64,000 bases of DNA from Eledone cirrhosa (GCA_964016885.1 OZ024741.1:327980001-328044000), one strand, 5' to 3'; shown: positions 22,234 to 39,585, counted from the stretch's first letter. Program-made: numbers and translations. The notes: generated by a model not told the origin, from the letters alone.

Positions 22234-24860
22234 GTGTGTAACGCTGATTTTTAAAACAAAAAGATTTAAATAACATGTGTTATAAATAATTGTATTTCCT
22301 ATGAAGAGACGAGAAATAACAAGCATGGAACTAATTAAAAATGCAAGCTAATTAACCGTGGGCCATATTTATTTTAATAAATATTTGGTGAATTGTGATA
22401 TGAAGAGAAAACAGAACTAACTAGAAATGCGTTCAATTTTAAAATATATATGGAGGAAATTGTAGTTTTATCTGATTCTTTTTTTATTTTGTTCTATTAT
22501 AATTCCACTTATATTATGTCGGCGCAGTTTCTAAAATGCCCCCAACTGTTAACTTTTGCATTGTTTTATCGTTCTCAGAAAGAGTAAAAAATCGGTGCTA
22601 AGTTTTCCAAATTTCTTCTAAAATATGATCCTTTTAATCTCCTTAACCATAAGAAACCATATTAGCAAAAGTTTTCAACGGTACGTGACGACATATCTCC
22701 TTCATAATAAACAATAATGTACATATGATAAAGATTCCGTAAATATTCCAATTAAGAAACCGTCTGAAATCATACGATCTAGATATTCTGGAAAAGTACA
22801 AAACAGCTATTTCTTGAACACATTAACAATTATTAAGCCCATACGTTTATTATTAAGTCTATATTCTAAATGTGCTTATTGTCACAGCGGACTATTATAT
22901 CGTATAAATATGTATATTTTATTTCTGAAAAAAAAAAAAGTTTTTATAAATTTTCTACTAAACCATTATATGATTCTAAGTGTTATACTCAATGTCCATT
23001 ACATTTAAAATGTCTTGTTAGACTATTTTCACGTAACAAACCAATATTCTGAATGTTGTAGAACATCTTGATATTTACCTCATATAAAGTATAATATATA
23101 TTAACATAGAAAGTTAATGCCTGCTGTATACACGGCATTTTTTCAACACAGAAATATTTAAATGAGAATACGTTATATGAAGCATTGTGAGATATCTTGT
23201 TATGATAATTTTCGGAAAGCCAGTTCAATGCAAATTCGAATTGCAAAAGAGAAACCTTGAGTAACGTAAGATAAACCGAGGGATGGTATAAACCTTTACA
23301 TTATTTTCGTGCTATTTCAAGATTTGATAGAGTGTTATTAACTAAGACATAATAAGTTTAAACTGATCCTTGTTTTGCTTTTCTCACTTCACTTTGTTTT
23401 TATCATTTTGTGTGCTTTTATAGTGTTTACATTGAATATGGTAACGTGTTTAGCAATTAAATGGTTGGAATTATGAGACTGTGGGCGTGTGGGGAAATGG
23501 TAGTGTTACTTGATTGTCGGCCAAAACCCTTTGAGGTATTTCTTTACCGCCCTTTACATCCTAAAGTAAAACCCCTCAGTAGGTAACGTTGTCTTTTATT
23601 CTTCTGAGTTTGATAAAACAACGTAATGTTTAAGTACTGGGGTGGATTTGGCGTTGTGCTTAAATTTGAAACTATTAGAATTCGAGATTGGGTTGTTTAA
23701 ATTGATATTGTTGTTTCTGCTTCGTTGATATTTCTTCTTAATGAAATACATCGTGTAGTATAATCATATCTCAGTTGATCATTTGTGTGGACGTTAAACA
23801 ACAATAGCGACAATACACAACCCTGCAGTAAACTACTTCTTCGGCATCTCTTGTTCTATTTAGCATCACAAATGATCGCCTATTTTCTATCATAACACAA
23901 ATGGACCGTGTTAGTTCAATTTCATTTGTTAAATTGTATATCTTTGATAATATTTTGGTGGTGATTAACCTTATCTTAAGCTGCAGTCCAATCAGCAAAT
24001 CTGTTGCTGTAATTTCCCTTTGCTCAAATCTATTCTCTGTACATTGACTGAGATTAATTATTTAGCTTTTAGAAGAATTTTCAGAACAGAATCTAGTTTG
24101 TACGTTAATGCTCTGTGATTTAATAACGTGTGAGATTATGCTTAGAATTAAACGCTTTAAAAGATTGTAACTGTGACAAAGGAGGGAAATCATTAGCAAG
24201 CTATTTGATGGAACCTTCCCTAGTTTCAGAAAAGCTGTTAGCGTGGCCTTCTCCAACACATTAAATATTTTATATGTGAGTAGATAATTGTGAAAGGGTT
24301 TGAGCAGATATTTCCGTGTTTCGGTTCACTTTGATTTAACTCCTTCAGAATAAAGTTAGTAAAGCTTGTTGCTTAAGGCAAATGGCTTCTTTATTTGTTT
24401 AGTTTATTGAAACTTGTTACCAGTTTTACATAAAATGTAGAACTTCTAAACATAATTTAAGATGCTAGGTGCATACGATTGTGTTAATTTTTGCGGGGAA
24501 TTGACAGAATCTTTGAGTGGAAAGTGAGGTATGTGACTTGCAGTTGACCCGTGAGATGTGTGCATGTGTGCAAGCATTCATGGTGCCATGAGTCTTGAGG
24601 GAGTCACAACGGTGCCGTATTAGCATACCACGGTTCTAGGGCATTTTAAAACCCTGGCAGAGTACATCTCTCCTGGTCTGAATGCAGCAGATCTCTTTCA
24701 GAGAAGAAGTACAGGGGTTGAGAGAATGGAAGTGAGAAATGAGAAAGATATAGAGGAAGAATTCACCCCACTAATTGACTGGTACTTTTTTATCGACCTC
24801 GAATGATTGGCAAGTGAGATATGTGCATCCTGTTATATCGTAGAGCGCGTAGTAAGATAG

Positions 24861-24909
<49 letters not shown>

Positions 24910-25221
24910 GTAAGTGAGGGGTGTATGTAGTATGTGAGGTGCGAGTGTGTAGTATACGAGGTGCGTGGGTGTGTGTATGTGTGTGCTAAGTCAGATGTGT
25001 ATGTGCAGTAGGTGAGGTTTGTGGGTGTGTGAGTATGTGTGTATCTGTATGTGTGTGTTGATGTATGTTGGTCTGTAGATATGTTAAATTATGGGATGTC
25101 GATTATATGAAATATGTGTTGTCTTATTTCAATGAGAAGTGAATATTTAGATTGTCTGCTGTGATGATTGAATTGTATTAACGTGAAGTTATTTTAAATG
25201 TCTATGTCAGGTCACTCTTGA

Positions 25222-25395
25222 GTGCTACTGGTAGCATGTAACCCAGTACAACCTGTCGCATGGTCGGTTCGTCGACGACTAAACCGACAACACCACTAAG
25301 TTTACTTGGTGAGTAGCGTGATTTTGGACACTCTGCAGGACAAAACACTAAACCTGTCAAAGGGCGGAAGAAATCATTAGAGTCAACGGCCATCT
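25222..25395 (+). mobile_element. 5'-end fragment of an RTE-like LINE family
   Basis: Reverse-complement homolog of 60862-61032. Confidence 0.5.
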
Positions 25396-26056
25396 ACAAA
25401 AAAAAAAACATCTTACCAAATCAATGGATGGCAATGGTTTCAGCTGCACGCATCGAAAGACAGGTGTTGGATTCTGACAAATATGTGACTTTGCAGATGA
25501 TCAATGCAAATTGACAATGGAAAGGCGCTCCCGCTTGAGTTAGAAGAGAACTATTGACCTTCAGGAGAAGCAGCGACCCCTGATTCTATTTAGTAACCGT
25601 AACAAATATGAACTACGCCAAATACAATGCTCCTAGGGGCGGCCCTGGTTCTTCTTATTTGCGAGTGTAAACTCGGCCGGATTATTTTGAATGTTAAGTG
25701 TAGTGTGAGGTGTGTTATTCATTTCCTACATAACTTCCTAGTCACGTTCTATACGTTGGTGTTTGTCTGTGTGAGTGTCTGTGTATGTGTGTTTTTGGAA
25801 GATTCTCTATGTCTACATGTATATAGTTTGTAATGATGAATATTCAGCTGTTCAATCGACTTAACTATATATATGTTAAATAATCATTAATAGCACATTA
25901 CTGGGGCCCCACGGACTTATATATGTGTATATATATATATATGTCTATGTGTGTGCATGTATGTGCGAGTCCCTCTCTATCCATCTGTGTGTGTGTGTAA
26001 GGATGCATACACACACACACATACGTATATATATATATATATATATATAGTATATA

Positions 26057-26104
<48 letters not shown>

Positions 26105-27782
26105 TGTGCACGTGTACGCACCTGTGTCTGTGTCTATACGTATACGTCTAATGTATATACATATATTTTGACAAATATTGTCTTTTATTCCCTTACATTT
26201 AGAAAATTCATTTATGTAATGACTTTGCATTCATCATCCACCCGTAAAGAAGAAATATTGTGTAAATAGAATCTATTTCTTTGAATGGATAACGTTTCCT
26301 CTGAATACAGTACTGACGTCATATTTCGTGTTATACTAACTTGTTTGGCTTCTATAGTCAGTGCAGCCGAATGGGCCATTCAGTATGTTTATTTTCATAT
26401 TTTGTCGCTGATGTTACTGTATATTTTGTAGTAGTAGCATTAAATCTAGTGAAGGAGCATGTCATAATGGTTAAACTGTTGGACATACGACCGCAAGGCT
26501 GAAGTTTCTATTCCAGGGCCTGGGTACACATTAGTATCTTGAGTTTTATTTATAATTGGTTATCACATGTAACGCATTGTTATCATTAAACTTCTCAAGA
26601 TATTCTCCGCGAGATACATTCTCGTATGTATATATCTACGCCTGCATAATATATCAAGTGTCGTAGCCACTTACCTTTACCCAGTGATTGTTATTTAGCA
26701 GTCCAGTTCACGTCTAAATACGTCCATGGCATAAGAAATTTTTTTAATATCATCATCATCATCATTATCACCACCACCATAACCATCACCATCACCATCA
26801 CCATCATCATCATTCTCATACTGTTCTCAATCTAGTTCCCCGAACTGTCATTTTCCTTCGCAAAATCAGAAACATGGCAGCCCGCCTAAGGTAGGAGCCC
26901 CGTGAGGTAGAGTGACTGTTGCAGCGGTTGTGGCTGGCCGTATTCCATGGCAATGCCTCCACCATTTATTCCTCAGCATACAGCTGAGATATACCACTCA
27001 GAGTGAGGTGTAGAGTATGTCACTCCCTCCCCTTTCCCTTCCTTCCGATGTTTAATTTCTTCTGTCATTTTATTTCTTTTATTTTTCTTATCTTCTTCAC
27101 TTTCTTATTGCATTGTATAATTTTTCTCTTACTTAAATATCTAATCCACTTAGGTTTTCGCTCCTTGATGGTGTCGAATATCATTCTCTTAGTATTTGCA
27201 ATGTTTAAAGTTCCATGGTTAGTATTGTGTTCTCAGAGCTATAGTTTTAATGCTGTCGAATGCGTGTTGTTTGGAGTTTCACTCCCCGCTCATGTGTTCC
27301 TGGTGTCGGCCGCACTGCGCGAGTTGCGTTGCTATTGCGTTGCTTGAACCAAGTCTTAGTTTGAAATTAGGTAGGAGGCGGCTGTGGAAGCCCCGTCGGA
27401 GGGAATGTACCTATAATTCAAGCATCTACCCTTGTTAGATCTTTTATCGAACAGCATCTCCCACTCACGGGGATCTTCTCGATTCAGGCTTCGATTCTTG
27501 AAAATCACACCTATCCACCTTTTCCGTCTCCAAATTTTATTAACTGTTATTTATAGAGATCCACTATTATTACTGTTATCGTTTGAGTTGAGACGCTTAC
27601 ATTAATCTTTTCTAATGCTTCTTAAATTGATTCCTCGCATGCGCATGCTATAATGTTTTCACTCTTCATCTGGATGGACGTGAGTTAATTTTATCACCTG
27701 TCATTTCCGATGATAGTTGGGACCTGAACATTTCAAATTTCACACAAAGGCAGAAATATATATATATATATATATATATAAA

Positions 27783-27829
27783 CTTCTACAGGACTAGAAC
27801 TGTTTCATTCGTGAGAAATCATCGGGAAG
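27783..27829 (-). ncRNA. Hammerhead motif, family H (core CCGATGA)
   Basis: CTTC CCGATGA T TTC tcac GAA T GAAA CAG ttctagtc CTG TA GAAG; homolog at 54594. Confidence 0.6.
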
Positions 27830-27970
27830 CCTTGATGATTTCTCACGTAGATGATTTCCTGTAGACGTTTTTCTATAATAACAAATTTATACTCACCTAT
27901 GTATTGAGTATCTTACTTACTGTGGTTACCCCCGATTGAACCCGGAATAACTTATATATATATATATATA

Positions 27971-30249
<2,279 letters not shown>

Positions 30250-30692
30250 TGGCTGCAAACTCTGCTAAGAGTACTGCAATCGCTTGTCAGATTATCGAGT
30301 TTGGGGCACCTTTAGTCTACAGCCAGCCACACGAAACTGTAAGGTAACCTGAACAGGCATGCCTGTGCTTTGAAGGGTTTTTTATGGGAAAGGTCTTCAC
30401 TCGACCAATCACACTCTCTGAGAATCGAAAACACTACCCAAAAATGAGAACTTATCAACGTCATCGGTTGCTTCCGAAGCCGCATGTTTTTTTATTTTCA
30501 GAGTTTCCTTCACTTAGAAAGGTGTTGTGACAATAACTCGAGGCCTTTCACTCCCAGGTGGGGAAAAAAACTATTTGTATGGCCGATGACTCTGTTGAGT
30601 TCCTCTTCCCTTTGCCGTGACTTGTATTTCATCCCGCCGGGTGTCCAAATATCACCTTCCTCACCAAGCCGACGACTCGACCATGAGACAGG

Positions 30693-30778
<86 letters not shown>

Positions 30779-30974
30779 ATATTGGTAAACGGAAAAGAAA
30801 ATGCTGACAAATTGTTCATAGTGAAAAATAGATTAATTAGGAATAAGTGAGAATTAGTAATAGTATTGGTTAGTATATATATATATATATATATATATAA
30901 TTGAGATAAGCGGAACAAGTAAAATTCAAACAATCTTTCAAAGTAAATTCAAAAAATATAATTTAAATATTTAC

Positions 30975-31051
30975 CTTTTACCGACGGTTTCGTCTCACAA
31001 AAGATTGGAAATCCGAGGGATTTCCAATGGAAAGTTCGGCTCTTCAGAAAG
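30975..31051 (-). ncRNA. Type I hammerhead motif, family J
   Basis: CTTT CTGAAGA G...ATTGGAAATCC ctc GGATTTCCAAT...C GAAA CCGTCGG TA AAAG; the proximal part of stem II pairs poorly. Confidence 0.68.
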
Positions 31052-31314
31052 AATTTTCCTTTACACAGGATATAAAGTCCCACAGCCGGTAAATATATTG
31101 CCTTCAGCCAGCTAGTGCAGGATCGAATGGGGCCGTAAACGTGACCTACACGTGAACTGGTCGTTACTAGAAGCGGGATAGCATAGACGTGTTGTCTGCC
31201 ACACCACTAGAAATAGCAGCTAGGTAAACAACGGATTGTTTCTCTAGACATGGGAGAACTTACATAAAATGAGATCAATATCCCCACAGGTTCTAAGTAC
31301 CCTCGGAAATATAT

Positions 31315-31580
31315 AACGAAGGAAATGTGGTAAGGAACCAGGTGGACCATAACGCACCAAAGTACTCAATACTTAGGGCAGTAGAGTGGGTAATAGGAAC
31401 GAGTAGGACCCCGACGGCTGAGCTCAAGCCGTTTCGACAGCTAATTCTCGACTAAATGCATTTAGTCCAGAATTAGCTGTCGAAACGGCTTGAGCTCAGC
31501 CGTCGGGGTCCTAGCATTTAGTCCAGAATTAGCTGTCGAAACGGCTTGAGCTCAGCCGTCGGGGTCCTACTCGTTCCTAT
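31315..31580. mobile_element. Family B pLTR end, inverted and then tandemly duplicated
   Basis: 31408-31460 is reverse-complemented at 31459-31513 and again at 31514-31580. Confidence 0.75.
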
Positions 31581-32319
31581 ATATATATATATAATGTTGG
31601 TGATATTAAATATTATCCAATTACAAGTATGAAAATAGCTCAATGTAAAATAACAAGTATACTACAAAGCCAACATTCTTTATAAATAACAATCAAAGTG
31701 TGTTTAAAATATGTAATCACTTCCGATCGTTTCATCCTAGCACAAGGTCGGAATATCGGAGTAGATAATAAAGGGGAAACATAAATAGTATATCATAACT
31801 TTGTCATAAGAACATTAGGACGATACATAATATGGGAAGTAAGCATAAGTATCAACATTTATATAAAAAAAAAGATAGCAAAGGCGGAAGAAGCATATGA
31901 AAAATATGTAATAAAAATATGTAATAAAAATATGTAATAATAAAAATATGTAATAAAATTAGGAGCGAATGAAAGCATTAAACAATTTTTAAAAAATAAA
32001 AAAAAAAAATACAGAAAGGTTAAGTACGGTGCAAGATATATACCATAAGTAGTAAATAAACATATATCATAAGCATTTTTTAAAATTATAAAGTTAATAA
32101 GAGTAGGTATGCATTTGAAATATAAATTAAACATTTTAAAAATATATCTCCAAAATATATTTTTAACAATGGATATAAAAAGTTCGAATACGTAATTCAG
32201 TCATAAAAATCAACTATTATTTTTCAAACCATTCAATGGTAATAATATTGAAGAAGTATAATCAGCAAAATAAAAATCAAATATAGATTTAAGCGTTATT
32301 ATTATTAATCAAATATGGA

Positions 32320-32815
32320 TGTGGATTGTCAGTATCGGTAGAGGGTCAGACATCATGCTTTGTTGCATAGAGTTACGGTCCTTGCCAATCTGAGTACAAA
32401 TCCCACCGAGGTTAACTTTGCCTTTCATCCTTACGCGGTCGATAAAATAAAGTACCAGTAATGTACTGGGTAATTGCTGGTTATTACTGGCCTTGTGCCA
32501 AATGTAGAAATAATTATTATTAATCAAATATACATATATTCATTTTTAGCAACTAATTCTCAAGAATTTGCAACCTTTTTTACATTGGGGAATAATGCCT
32601 AAATTAATTTAATCGTTGTTTGGTACTTATTAATCTACAGTATCGGCAGATTGTCGGACGCCTTGCTTTGCAGCAAAGAGATACGGCCCTTTATGGTCTT
32701 AGTTCAAATCCCGCCGAGGTAACTTTGTCTTTCGACACTACGGGGTCGATAAAATAAAGTACCAGTAATACACTGAAATAATTGGTGGCCTTGTGCCCAA
32801 AGTAGAAACAATTAT
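32320..32815 (+). mobile_element. Two tRNA-derived SINE copies (32320-32520 and 32638-32815)
   Basis: Same A/B boxes, body and tail as 7025-7210. Confidence 0.8.
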
Positions 32816-34394
32816 TAATTTCAAACTAATTATGGTGCTCTGATACAGAAGGTATAAAAGCACATAAATAAATCCCACAAGATATTGTGTCTTTTAGTTA
32901 GTTTTTTTCTATCAGCCGAGACTTCTATATAATATATAATATATAATATATGACATCTGATTCTACTTTTTTAGGAAGCATTTAGGCGTGAATATATTCA
33001 AATTTTATAGAAAATATTCCATTAAATGCATTTTGTTTTATTGACCATAAATTGCTATAAAGTCAACGATACCTCGGGCTGCATTTTGAAATGCGGAGGT
33101 AGAGAATACAAATTATAAATTGATTTAATTTCTTTTCTGTACACGCAGGGAAATATTATAGAAATATAGTGAGTTTGAGTGCATATAGTCGATTAGAAGG
33201 CCGGTAACAAATGTATGAAAAGAGGAAATATAAAAGGTAAATATTGATTCCAAAAATCTATGAGGACCTATAAATGTCATAGGCATTTTTCATAACAATG
33301 ACGAATTTTAAAAAAAAGTACGAACAAAAATGCTTGAAGCTAAATATGTTAATGCCTATAGTTATGTCTTCTGTTGTATGTCTCATTCTTCCACCTACAA
33401 TTTTAATATTTAATATTCAGTTTGTTTACGATGATGGATTGACAGAACTAGTATAGCTTCGTAAAAAAGGCCATTGCGGTTTTCAGGCTGTTTACATTCT
33501 ACGTTCAAATCCCTCAGAGATCAACTTTGCCTTTCATCATTTCGGAGTCAATAATATAAAGTAGAGGTAAAGTGGGTTTGATTTATACAAATTTGCTCTC
33601 ATCTCAGATTTTGTTGAACTTGTGTCAAAATTAGAAATCAATATTCTGTTTGATTGTTCGTTTGTTAGTGTTAATATCAGAGTGACATCTATATTTATCG
33701 ATCAAATTAAACTAAATTAGAGGTATGTATTTTTATTGAACACGGAGCCCAGTAAGGAATATGTCGGCTCATTTCATGTGTTCTTATATTCTGGTGGAGC
33801 CTTTAAAACTGCCGGAGCTCATCCGTCTCCAGGTTTAACGAGGTCTGAATACAGCCCATTTCTTAAATATGGAGAGAAAGAAAGAGAGAGAGAATTTTTC
33901 TCACTTCCTTTCAATCATTATATATCCTTCTCTGGCAGAAATCTGCTATATTCAGACCTGGTGAGATACTAGCTCCGTTAGGTTTTAAAATGTGCTAGAA
34001 AGATCGTGTCTAATTATGGCACCCTTACTACTACATGGTGTGTAACGCACCCATACCATATTATTTGTATGGAACTCAGGCGTATGACAATCACAATCCA
34101 AATTGAAATATCTTCTTATCAGAAAGTAAAGTTCTGTAATTCATTACACTAATGCTATTCTACTTATGCCATATATCGTCCCAAGCTTTACGATGATTTC
34201 AAATCTTCAGTGACAATGTCATGTAGCATTCACGATTTTCGTGAAGATATTAGCTGTGTAATTACAATCAAACTAATGAATTCTTACACGTGCAAAGACA
34301 ATCTTTTTCCAGATTATCATTTAGTATAATCTACAGTTTTAAGAATATACTGAGGTTTCTCTGGCAATGATTTAGGAAATACGATTTAGGTTGT

Positions 34395-34603
34395 CATCAG
34401 GATGCTTATAATTAACAATTTTGGGTGAGGGTAAGGTCGATTAAATCGATCCCAGTATGTGATTGGTATTATATTTTAACGAACCTGGAAGGATAAAAGG
34501 CAAAGTTAACCTCGGCGGGATTTGAACTCAGGACGTAAAGGGACGTAACTCAATGCTGCAAAGTATGTTGTCTGACGCTCTAGCAATACATCCTATCCAC
34601 CGC
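34395..34603 (-). mobile_element. tRNA-derived SINE, diverged (another diverged copy at 33435-33645 on plus strand)
   Basis: AAAGGCAAAGTTAACCTCGGCGGGATTTGAACTCAG is the reverse complement of the family body and B box. Confidence 0.7.
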
Positions 34604-35186
34604 GCTTTATTATGGTGCTTATAATAAGCAACCTTTGTTTTGAATTAAAGTCTGACCGGTTTGGATTCTCTTGTTCAACATATATTTTGGGGAAATAAAT
34701 GGAAAATATGCCAGAATCAAATCTCATGCAGTATGTTTCCATTGAATAATTACGAAACACCGTTTTTTTGTGAAAAGCGTTCCTCCAAGAGGATCCGTCA
34801 GACGCAACCATTTCCAATTGAACCGACTGAATCCTCCAAACGAGACCAGCCGAGCTCATGTATGTTATCCGAACAATTTGCCCCTGCGTCTCCCACCGGC
34901 AGGTTTTGTCTGTAAAATATGTCCAGCAAACTCTTATACGTACCCCCCCCCCCCGTATATATATATATATATATGGGGCGGACGTATAAGGGTTTGATTT
35001 GAAATGGCGAGTAAAGTTTGTAATTTAGTAGAAATAGAAGCTTCCGGTGTATTTTCGTCTAAAGAAAATTTAGTGTGATAGTGGGGTTTAAAACACTATA
35101 AAATGGATAGTGGGGTTTAAACACTATAAAATGGAAAAGAATTAGAATTGACGTACATGGGAGTCGAACCTACATCTTTATATCTC

Positions 35187-35218
<32 letters not shown>

Positions 35219-35949
35219 AACAGAGAGAGAGAGGGGAGAATGAGAGAGAGATAAATAGATAGATCAATAGATAGATATTTTTAATGAGCTACTTCCTGGT
35301 GTCTGAACACCTATATGCTTGTGTGGTTGTGTGAATGCGTTTCTCTGTGTTGTCTCGTAACATAGCGCCGCCACAATAACAACAACAAAAATAGATTGGT
35401 CGAGAATATAAGCATCAAATTGAAAGAAAAATATGTAAGTAGATGGATCTAGGGAGGTGCCCATCATGGCCACCGTCTAATGCCTGAAGCCGGGAAAATG
35501 AAATAAAAGAGTGAATACGGAAATAAAAAAAGATAATGGTAAAATATAATAATACCCCTAAATATCTTTTGCTAATGAAATTGCTATAATTCCCTAGCTT
35601 TAGGACAAATGTGATACTTTGGTAACACTTGTTAAGTGATAATGTGTTGCAGGAAATGGCGCGAGAATACACTGAGAGAAAAACAGAAAGTGACAATAAG
35701 AATGAAAAGAAACAAAAACCGTTATACTACAATGGGACCTCTAATGAAGTAGGCAATGTGAAGCATTGTATAATTAGTGATAATTTTCAAATAATTGGTT
35801 CTTTAATAGAATAATGCTGTTAATAATTCAGTGACTTATACATAAACCTCTTTCGTTCTTTCTTTCTCTCTCGCCCTCTCTCTCTCTCTCTCTACATATA
35901 TATATATGTATAAAGATATATATGTATATTGTTAAACATCTCTCTTTCC

Positions 35950-36030
<81 letters not shown>

Positions 36031-36058
36031 TATATATGTATATATTTATGTATGTATA

Positions 36059-36090
<32 letters not shown>

Positions 36091-36131
36091 TTACACACAC
36101 ATACACATACACATGTGTATATATATATATA

Positions 36132-36346
36132 TTAGAAAATAGAATAGCTTTCACCGTATTTTTGACTAAAGGAATTTTAGCCTGATAATGGGGTTTAGAA
36201 CCCTCAGATAAATGGAAAAAGATGAGTATTGACTCCCATGTACCTCAATACTCATCATTTTCCAATTATCTGAGGGTTCTAAACCCCATTATCAGGCTAA
36301 AATTCCTTTAGTCAAAAATACGGTGAAAGCTATTCTATTTTCTAAT
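36132..36346. repeat. Palindrome with about 100-bp arms next to (TA)n; related to 35025-35160
   Basis: TTAGAAAATAGAATAGCTTTCACCG... versus ...CGGTGAAAGCTATTCTATTTTCTAA. Confidence 0.8.
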
Positions 36347-36384
36347 TTCAAACCTGCTCACTGTTTCAAAAAACATACTACTTG

Positions 36385-36416
<32 letters not shown>

Positions 36417-36421
<5 letters not shown>

Positions 36422-36700
36422 GGGGTACTATTTATGGTTATGTATATATTAAAACTGTTTATAGTTATGTATATTTTAAACCCTAAACAGTGAAGGTCAG
36501 TAATTTATTACTACCTTATTACCAGTAAGATAAATAGCTCAATGTAATAACATCAGTTGTTCTACAGAGCAGTTATATATGTATGTCTCTTGCGTTGTAC
36601 AAATATTGAAAAATGCTCCGAAGTTCCCAAGCCTAGGTTAGGATGAAACAATTGTAAGTGAATAAATGCTTTGAACATAGCTTTGATTCTTGTGAATTCT
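36417..36700. mobile_element. Family K pLTR-like fragment with inversion; degenerate HHR at 36614-36660 (plus strand)
   Basis: 36417-36578 is similar to 55657-55820. Motif reads TGCT CCGAAGT TCC...GGA T GAAA CAATTG TA AGTG. Confidence 0.6.
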
Positions 36701-37249
36701 ATATATATATATATACATGTGTATGTGTATGTGTGTGTGTGAATATATAGAATATGTGAGTGTATAAAGATAGATAGATGGCATTCTTTTATATTTAGAT
36801 GTTCTTGTCATTAAAATAGAAATCTGAAAAGTAAAGGTAATGTGATAATGGAGGTGAGAAAGAGAAAGTTTGTACATAGAGGGAGACGAGAGAGAAAAGG
36901 TGATGTATCATAGATAGATTGACGGCATATGCGGAGCAGAAGGAGACAGTTACATATAAAAACAGACATTTAAAAGGTAGGATGGATGTAGATGTGGTTA
37001 GAGAAAGAGAAGGAATTTGGGACCAGCGAGAGAGAGATACAGAGAGCGAGCAAGAGAGAAAAAGAGGGAAAGACAGCCAGACAGAGATAGTGACATATAA
37101 TATAGCCCTGCGGGAACTGTACGAATTGTATGAAATGAAGTATAAAATAAAAAAAGAATAGACGAAGTTAATATAATCGAACGTGATGGGCTGTTAAAAG
37201 GTATTCCAAAAAATCAGTAATATCAACATCATTGTACGTCCATTTCCTA

Positions 37250-37675
37250 TGCTGGCATGGGTTGGCATAGTTTGGTGATGGTATAGGGGGATATGGTATA
37301 GGTTGGTGACGGTATAGGTTTGTGATAGCATAGGTTGGAGTTGATAGGGGCTGGAAGCGGTATGTATGTAAGACTCTTTAGGTTAGAAATGGTATGAGTT
37401 CGAGATGGTATTGATTAAAGATGGCAAATGTTACTGTGGTATGCTGCGTTGAAATTATGGTGTGGTGATGGTATGGAGTAGGGGTGACGTTTTAATGTGG
37501 AAATGGTATCCGTTGGAGATGGTATGCGTTGGAGATGCTATAAGATGAAGTTGGTTCGAGGTGGTGATGGTATGAAGTAGTGATGCTTTGTGTTGGAGAT
37601 GGTATAGGTTCGAGATTGTATGTGCTATTGATGGTATAGCTTCGAGACGGAGTGGGTTAGTGATGGTATGGTTTC
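37250..37675. repeat. Degenerate minisatellite, unit about 16 bp (GATGGTATAGGTTGGA-like)
   Basis: GATGGTAT-like words recur at roughly 16-bp spacing. Confidence 0.7.
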
Positions 37676-37772
37676 CTTATGAAAATATTCCGTAATTCGT
37701 CGAGTGCTGAATGTGACGTACTCGACTGTTGTTTGACCAATAATTAAGAACTGTTTACCTAATATAAATCAA

Positions 37773-37824
<52 letters not shown>

Positions 37825-38027
37825 TAACAAGGTATCGTTTAAGGTAATCCCGCTAGAGGTTGTGAGTACGCTGTGTTGAGGATAATTTTAATATACGCAA
37901 CAGTATTCTGATTATTTGATCAGGCGTAGACTGTAATTAAGGTCAAGTGAGGTAACTTCTAACGATTGGCGGCTTTTCGACTCACCTCATTAAAGAAACA
38001 ATTGTTAATACTGTAAATTCATTCTTT

Positions 38028-38109
<82 letters not shown>

Positions 38110-38146
38110 AAAGAATGAAGAATAACATGGTCGGCTGTACATAAGT

Positions 38147-38208
<62 letters not shown>

Positions 38209-38257
38209 TTATATATATATATATAAATTTATATATATATATTTATATATATATATT

Positions 38258-38294
<37 letters not shown>

Positions 38295-38342
38295 ATATAT
38301 AGTTTTGCGAGGTTTTTGATACGAAATCGTGTGTCGAAACAA

Positions 38343-38755
38343 ATATTGTTATACTTGGGGAGGGTCATATTTGTGTAATAATATTGCCAGAATTAATAAC
38401 AGAACACACTCACTGTTTGGTTGGTTTTCGCTTCTGTGTCTTTTATATCGGTTAATTTGATTTATTGGGTCCGCAAAGTTACCATTGACTGACCAACGGT
38501 CAAAAATACAGATATAATATAGACACAAACACATATATATTGTCTAACTATAGTCTAAGACTATATATATGTGTTTGTGTCTATATTATATCTGTATTTT
38601 TGACCGTTGGTCTGTCAATGGTAACATTGAGGACCCAATAAATTAAATTAACCGATATAAAAGACACAGAAGCGAAAACCAACCAGTGAGTGTGTTCTGT
38701 TATTAATTCTGGCAATTTTATTACACAAATATGACCCTCCCCAAGTAAAACAATA
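38343..38755. mobile_element. Fold-back palindrome of the family I pLTR 3' part
   Basis: Both arms match 29960-30145. Centre near 38550; the arms differ slightly. Confidence 0.8.
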
Positions 38756-38764
38756 TCTCTCGCG

Positions 38765-38821
<57 letters not shown>

Positions 38822-39531
38822 AGTTTCTTGACACCGTTGGTAAGGGGATAATGACAGTGTGTTGTTTATTAAATAATTAAATAGCTATGTACTATACATA
38901 GAGCACTCTTCTTTTCTTTACCTTTTCTACCGAAATACTTAACACTATATATATATAGATATCAACACAACCTGATCTCAGTTTGACAATCGCCACAGAC
39001 GAATGCGAGAAAATTCTGCAACCCATGTTAACCAGAATCTTTAAAATCATTCCCACCGAAGTTTACCAAGAACTTACTAGATCTACCAACTCATAATATT
39101 ATAAAATTAAATCAAAATTGTTTTAACGCTACAAGTGATGTCATTCTTTTCGTTTTTTTTCAAATATATATATATATATATATATTATACTAAAACTGCG
39201 GGTGAAATTTATTGCACTGGTGTTTCACTACCTATCACAGGGTCATACGCGATCATCTATTCATCTGCCACGCTCCATTGCACTGCAAGAAATCCTGCTG
39301 ACGTCTCATTTATAAATTAAATTAATGAAATATTATTATCCACTAGAGGGAACTGTTTAGGAACAATGGCGTTCTGTAATGTATTTCAATCCAAACAAAA
39401 ATCAGTTTTCCGAAAAATATACACATATATATATAATGTTGATTGTAACAATATTAAAGTTTCTCCACTCTCCAGCTGAAATAAATTGTTAGTTCAAAGA
39501 TTAGTTGATTACGCCAAGGTGAATGTTATAT

Positions 39532-39577
<46 letters not shown>

Positions 39578-39585
<8 letters not shown>

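Noticed and set aside
25222-25395. Possible HDV-like ribozyme at the RTE-like 5' end (also 60862-61032)
   Set aside because: Hairpins are present, but the nested P1/P2/P3 double pseudoknot could not be built.
36260-36340. CTGAGGG...GAAAGCTA in the 36.2-kb palindrome
   Set aside because: No stem I, and the words are not conserved in the related copy at 35025-35160.
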